A DNA stretch of 64,000 nt from an uncultured Acidobacteriota bacterium (lineage in GTDB: Bacteria > Acidobacteriota > UBA6911 > RPQK01 > JAPXNP01), in the NCBI GenBank assembly GCA_963777605.1, contig CAVZRV010000031.1, positions 416,001 through 480,000 on the forward strand. Direction: 5' to 3'. Made by a program: the position numbers and the translations under genes. The notes below the pieces were generated by a model, which ran no database searches, had not been told where the DNA came from, and worked only from the letters and a program-made list of their open reading frames with translations. Within the stretch, counting starts at the first letter, position 1. Each line of letters opens with the position of its first letter. This document shows positions 60,266 to 64,000 of the stretch, in pieces.

Positions 60266-61936
60266 TCAGACCTCGCGTGAGCCATCCCGCCAGGCCCCTT
60301 CATTCCACTGCTTGACCAGGTACTCGGCAGAGCGAAAGGCCAGCGCCTGGATGGTAAGGGCCGGGTTTCGGCCACCGGATGTCACGAACACGCTTCCATC
60401 CACGACGAAGAGGTTGTCCACTTCGTGGGACTGCCCGTAACCGTTCACAACCGAAGTCTTCGAATCGGAACCCATCCGGCAGGAGCCGAGCTGGTAGCCG
60501 ATCCCGCCCTTTCCGACGTTGCTCGAAGTGATGTCGCGGGCGCCCGCCTCCTTGAGGAGTTCTACCATCTTGTCCCGGAAAAACTCCCAAACTCGAAAAT
60601 CGTTGGGATGGAAGCTGTGAGTCATCCTTGCCACCGGAATTCCCCATCGGTCACGCAGGTCGGGCGACACTTCCACCCGGTTCTCAAACCGGGGCATATC
60701 TTCCGCCGGTGCAAACAGGCGGATGTACCGATGAAAGTTCTTGCGCTGGTACTCCTTGTGTTCATTGCCCCACCGAGCTGCACCGCGGGGCCGACGCGAG
60801 GTAAAAGCGATCGGCATCACCTCGGTTCGGGAGTAAATCACCGCTCCGCCCACGAAACCGGGGTTCCTGGCATGAAAATCGTCGACGGCTATACCTGGGC
60901 CGGGACCCGTACCCGAGTTGGTTTCCTCCTCCATTACTCCCCAGGCCCAGGGGCTGATGTGTCCCATCACGGCTCGTCCAACCCAGTCGTTACCGTTGGC
61001 CAGTCCTCTCGGAAACCATCGCGACTTGGAATTGAGCAGGAGTCGCGGTGTCTCGATTCCGGAACAGGCTACGATCACGACACGGGCTCGCTGTACTACC
61101 CGCTCGCCGGCGGAGTCAAAGTAGGCCAACCCGTTCGGCTTTCCCTTGTCATCCAGGGTCACCTCGCTGACGATGGAATCCGGGACAATCCGGCAGTTTC
61201 CAGTGGCCAGCGCAGCCGGGAAGAGCGCCGTCACGGGAGTCGATTTCGCTCCGACCTCGCACAGATAGGTGTTGCAGCAGGGATGACCGATGCATCCTGA
61301 GCGGCCGCGGTAGTTCTCGGTCGCAATCCCGAGCGGGACGATAAACGGGTGATAGCCTTTGCGAAGCGCGGCGGCCCGGACCATCTCGTCTCCAGGGTGA
61401 AGATCGATGGGAGGAAGGGGAAACGGTTTGCTGCGGTACCCCTCGTAGGGGTTCACGCCCCCTTCCCCCGACACTCCCATTTCCTCTTCGGCACGGGTGT
61501 AGTAAGGCTCGAGATCGTCGTAGGAGAGGGGCCAGTCTTCGAGTACTGCGCCCTCTACCGGTCCATACTCACTCCGCATTCGGAAATCGATCGGCGGACG
61601 ACGCCACATCAGAGCCCCGTAAAGTAGCTGCCCTCCGCCGACGGCGGCAGCGCTCGACGAAAACTCCCAATCGGCGGTTGTCACCCTCCGGAAAGCCTCT
61701 TCGGCCGTGTAGCGAAACTGTCGCGGGCCAAATTTCTCCTCTCCGCAGATCGGGTTCCTGACCATTCCGGGAGTTTGGGCCGTCAGTTCATCGTGGAGGG
61801 CGTGATCTTCCGGGTTGATGTTCGGTCCCCGCTCGAGAACCACCACCTGCAACCCCGCCTCCGCCAGTTCCCTGGCGAGCACACCCCCAGAGGCCCCGGC
61901 CCCTGCGATTACCGCATCGACGACATGTTCCGGCAT
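60266..61936 (-). CDS. GMC family flavoprotein oxidoreductase
   Basis: GAGASGG FAD motif, DWPLSYDDLEPYY, Cys cluster, ETPRLLLNS, LGSCRMG, NLFVVDGSVF..NPALTIQALA. Confidence 0.93.
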   Translation of the reverse strand: MPEHVVDAVIAGAGASGGVLARELAEAGLQVVVLERGPNINPEDHALHDELTAQTPGMVRNPICGEEKFGPRQFRYTAEEAFRRVTTADWEFSSSAAAVGGGQLLYGALMWRRPPIDFRMRSEYGPVEGAVLEDWPLSYDDLEPYYTRAEEEMGVSGEGGVNPYEGYRSKPFPLPPIDLHPGDEMVRAAALRKGYHPFIVPLGIATENYRGRSGCIGHPCCNTYLCEVGAKSTPVTALFPAALATGNCRIVPDSIVSEVTLDDKGKPNGLAYFDSAGERVVQRARVVIVACSGIETPRLLLNSKSRWFPRGLANGNDWVGRAVMGHISPWAWGVMEEETNSGTGPGPGIAVDDFHARNPGFVGGAVIYSRTEVMPIAFTSRRPRGAARWGNEHKEYQRKNFHRYIRLFAPAEDMPRFENRVEVSPDLRDRWGIPVARMTHSFHPNDFRVWEFFRDKMVELLKEAGARDITSSNVGKGGIGYQLGSCRMGSDSKTSVVNGYGQSHEVDNLFVVDGSVFVTSGGRNPALTIQALAFRSAEYLVKQWNEGAWRDGSREV

Positions 61937-62113
61937 CCTGGCAAACCTTTCGCTAGTGAGTCCAGTTGGAACTGGAGCATGAAGGTTCCTGTGCATGCGA
62001 CAGATTTCCGATCGAGGAAATCATCGTCCTGCGCCGCGTGCTTCCCTGTCCCCGACTCCTAAACCAAAAATCAAAACCCGTCAACCGAGAAAAGCGCAAA
62101 TCAAAAATCTCTG

Positions 62114-63847
62114 TCAGGGAGTCACGATTCCAGAGCCCTCTTTGATAGTGACGGACTGGTCTGCCGGGATGTCGAGCAACTGCTCCGCCGATTCCGTCGA
62201 TGGCCAGAGGATCTCGACTTTGTCAACTTTCGCCGCTTTGCCAAGTCCGAAGTGGAGCCGAAGGTCACTCTGGGACATCACGCTCCCTCCGCTCTCGAAC
62301 CTCCTGGGTCTGGACAATGTCACCGGAGGTCACCCGGACCCGGGCCCCGATCGCCGCCCGGTTGCTGCGAGTCCCCACCAGCTTCAACTCGATCCAGTGA
62401 TTGCCCGTCTGAGAATCACACCGCAGCAACGAAGGCCGGTCGTTCATGTTGAGGACGAGAACGTCGACGTCGCCGTCGTTGTCGTAGTCCCCGAATGCAC
62501 AACCACGGCTGGCAAACCTCTCCGTGGCGCCGTCGCCCATTCGGGCCGAAATGTCCTCGAACCGACCGTCACCCAGATTCCGGTAGATCAACCGCGGAGT
62601 CTTCATCGGAACGTCGAGGCCGAAGTCCCTGGCATTGGGATAGACGTGGCCGGTGACATAGAAGATGTCAACCCACCCGTCGTTGTCGATGTCCACGAAA
62701 CCGGCACCCCAGTTGACGTACTGGGTGTTCAGCCCGAGACCCGCCATCACCGCGACGTCACGGAAAGTGCCGTCTCCGTTGTTCTGATAGAGGTTGCAGG
62801 TGTCGTACTGGAAATTGGTCTTGAAGATATCGAGGGCGCCGTCGTGGTTGAAGTCCCCAACCCCGACGCCCATTCCGGCCTGCTCCAAACCGTTCTCGCT
62901 GAAGGCGCAGCCGGCCACCATGCCGACCTCTTCGAAGGTGCCGTCACCCAGGTTCCGGAACAACAGGCTGGCCCGGGAATCAACGGCGACGTAGATGTCA
63001 GGCCACCGGTCGTTGTCAAAATCGGCCGAGACTGCGGTGATCGAATAGGCCGGCCCTGCCGCGAGAATCCCGGACGACTCGGATACGTTCTTGAAGGTTC
63101 CGTCTCCCTGGTTCCGGTAGAGAATGTTCGAGCCGGCGGGCAATCCACGAGGTCCGCACATGACCGGGACGCCCTTCCAGACACAGTCCGGGCTCTCCCC
63201 CGGCTTGGGAACGGTATCGAGGTCGAGTTCAATGTAATTGGCGACAAAAAGATCGAGGTTCCCGTCCCGATCGTAATCGAGCCACGTGCAACCAGAGGCC
63301 CAGCGGTCACGTTCGCCGCGCACGCCGGCCTGGATCGACACATCCTCGAAAGTGCCGTCTCCACGATTCCGGTAGAGCCCGTTTCGTCCCCAGTCGGCGG
63401 TGAACAAGTCATCCCGGCCGTCGTTGTCGAAATCACCGACGCACACACCCGTCTGCCACCCGGTCCTGACCAGTCCGGCCTGACGCGTCACTTCTTCGAA
63501 GCTGCCCTCGTGGTTGTTCCGGTAGAGGTGAGACGTCGGCCGGTTTTCGTCGGTGTACTCCTCGTTCAGGCGAACGCCGTTCGTGAGGTAGATGTCGAGC
63601 CAACCATCGTGGTCGTAGTCCAGAAAGCCGAGACCGCTTCCCTTGGCCTCGATGATATAGGTCTTCTCTTCCACCCCCCCCAGACATTGGGAGCCGTCAC
63701 CCCCGCCTGCTCTGCGACATCGGTGAACTGAACCGGAAATGGATCAACTGAACCTTCGCCGCCGGCAAAAAGCCGACTGCTCGCCCCCGTCCAGAGCGCC
63801 AAAACCGCGAGAATGAGGCCAAACTGTTTGAAAAGACCTTTGCACAT
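62114..63847 (-). CDS. CRTAC1-family protein (FG-GAP plus ASPIC/UnbV), two frameshifts
   Basis: Continuous homology across three ORFs (63566..63889, 62265..63674, 62114..62323); shifts at the G8 run 63674-63681 and near 62295. Confidence 0.88.
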
Positions 63848-63928
63848 CGGTAAAAACTCTCCACAGTCTAGCAGAAGAGAATTCCACAATTCTGCTAAAC
63901 TGGCTCGAGTTGGTTTCAGTTTTGGTAA

Positions 63929-63989
63929 CTAGTGTCCTGAGTGAGAAATTGGCAAAAGGCACGTGCGAGTTTCTGACTCAGAAAACTAG
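63929..63989. mobile_element. CTAG-bounded 61-bp MITE-like inverted repeat
   Basis: CTAGTGTCCTGAGTGAGAAATT versus reverse complement of the right end CTAGTTTTCTGAGTCAGAAACT, 18/22 identical. Confidence 0.6.
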
Positions 63990-64000
63990 CAGCTTGGCCG

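Noticed and set aside
62059-62110. A-rich AAATCAAAA repeats between CRTAC1 and the GMC gene
   Set aside because: Only two or three degenerate units; may be a T-rich terminator or UP-element tract on the minus strand. Too weak to call.

Overview
A GC-rich (roughly 60-65%, by eye) bacterial chromosomal segment. The gene repertoire (CRTAC1/ASPIC-UnbV proteins, sulfatase-like TPR fusion, VirB10-like beta-domain protein, Tat-exported Gfo/Idh/MocA and GMC enzymes, planctomycete-type cytochrome c domain) suggests Acidobacteriota; this is inference. There are about 50 CDSs. They include housekeeping genes (hemE, comM, aspC, pckA, large-type purL, UvrD-like helicase, sufE with rhodanese) and many exported glycan-active or beta-propeller proteins (GH2, GH32, DUF4038, DUF4091, BNR, esterase). 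No tRNA, rRNA, CRISPR array or prophage was seen. The most notable unexplained structure is non-coding: (1) a RAYT/Y1 transposase after comM with four short REP-like motifs and an adjacent 286-bp miniature copy; (2) a candidate ~80-nt sRNA with an exposed anti-Shine-Dalgarno tract and an intrinsic terminator at 40773-40851; (3) a dispersed family of CTAG-bounded mini inverted repeats, several supplying stop codons; (4) 9-bp-period heptamer palindrome arrays. Three long genes carry a total of four single-base frameshifts, most likely long-read or assembly errors. All calls come from manual motif recognition; no database search was run.
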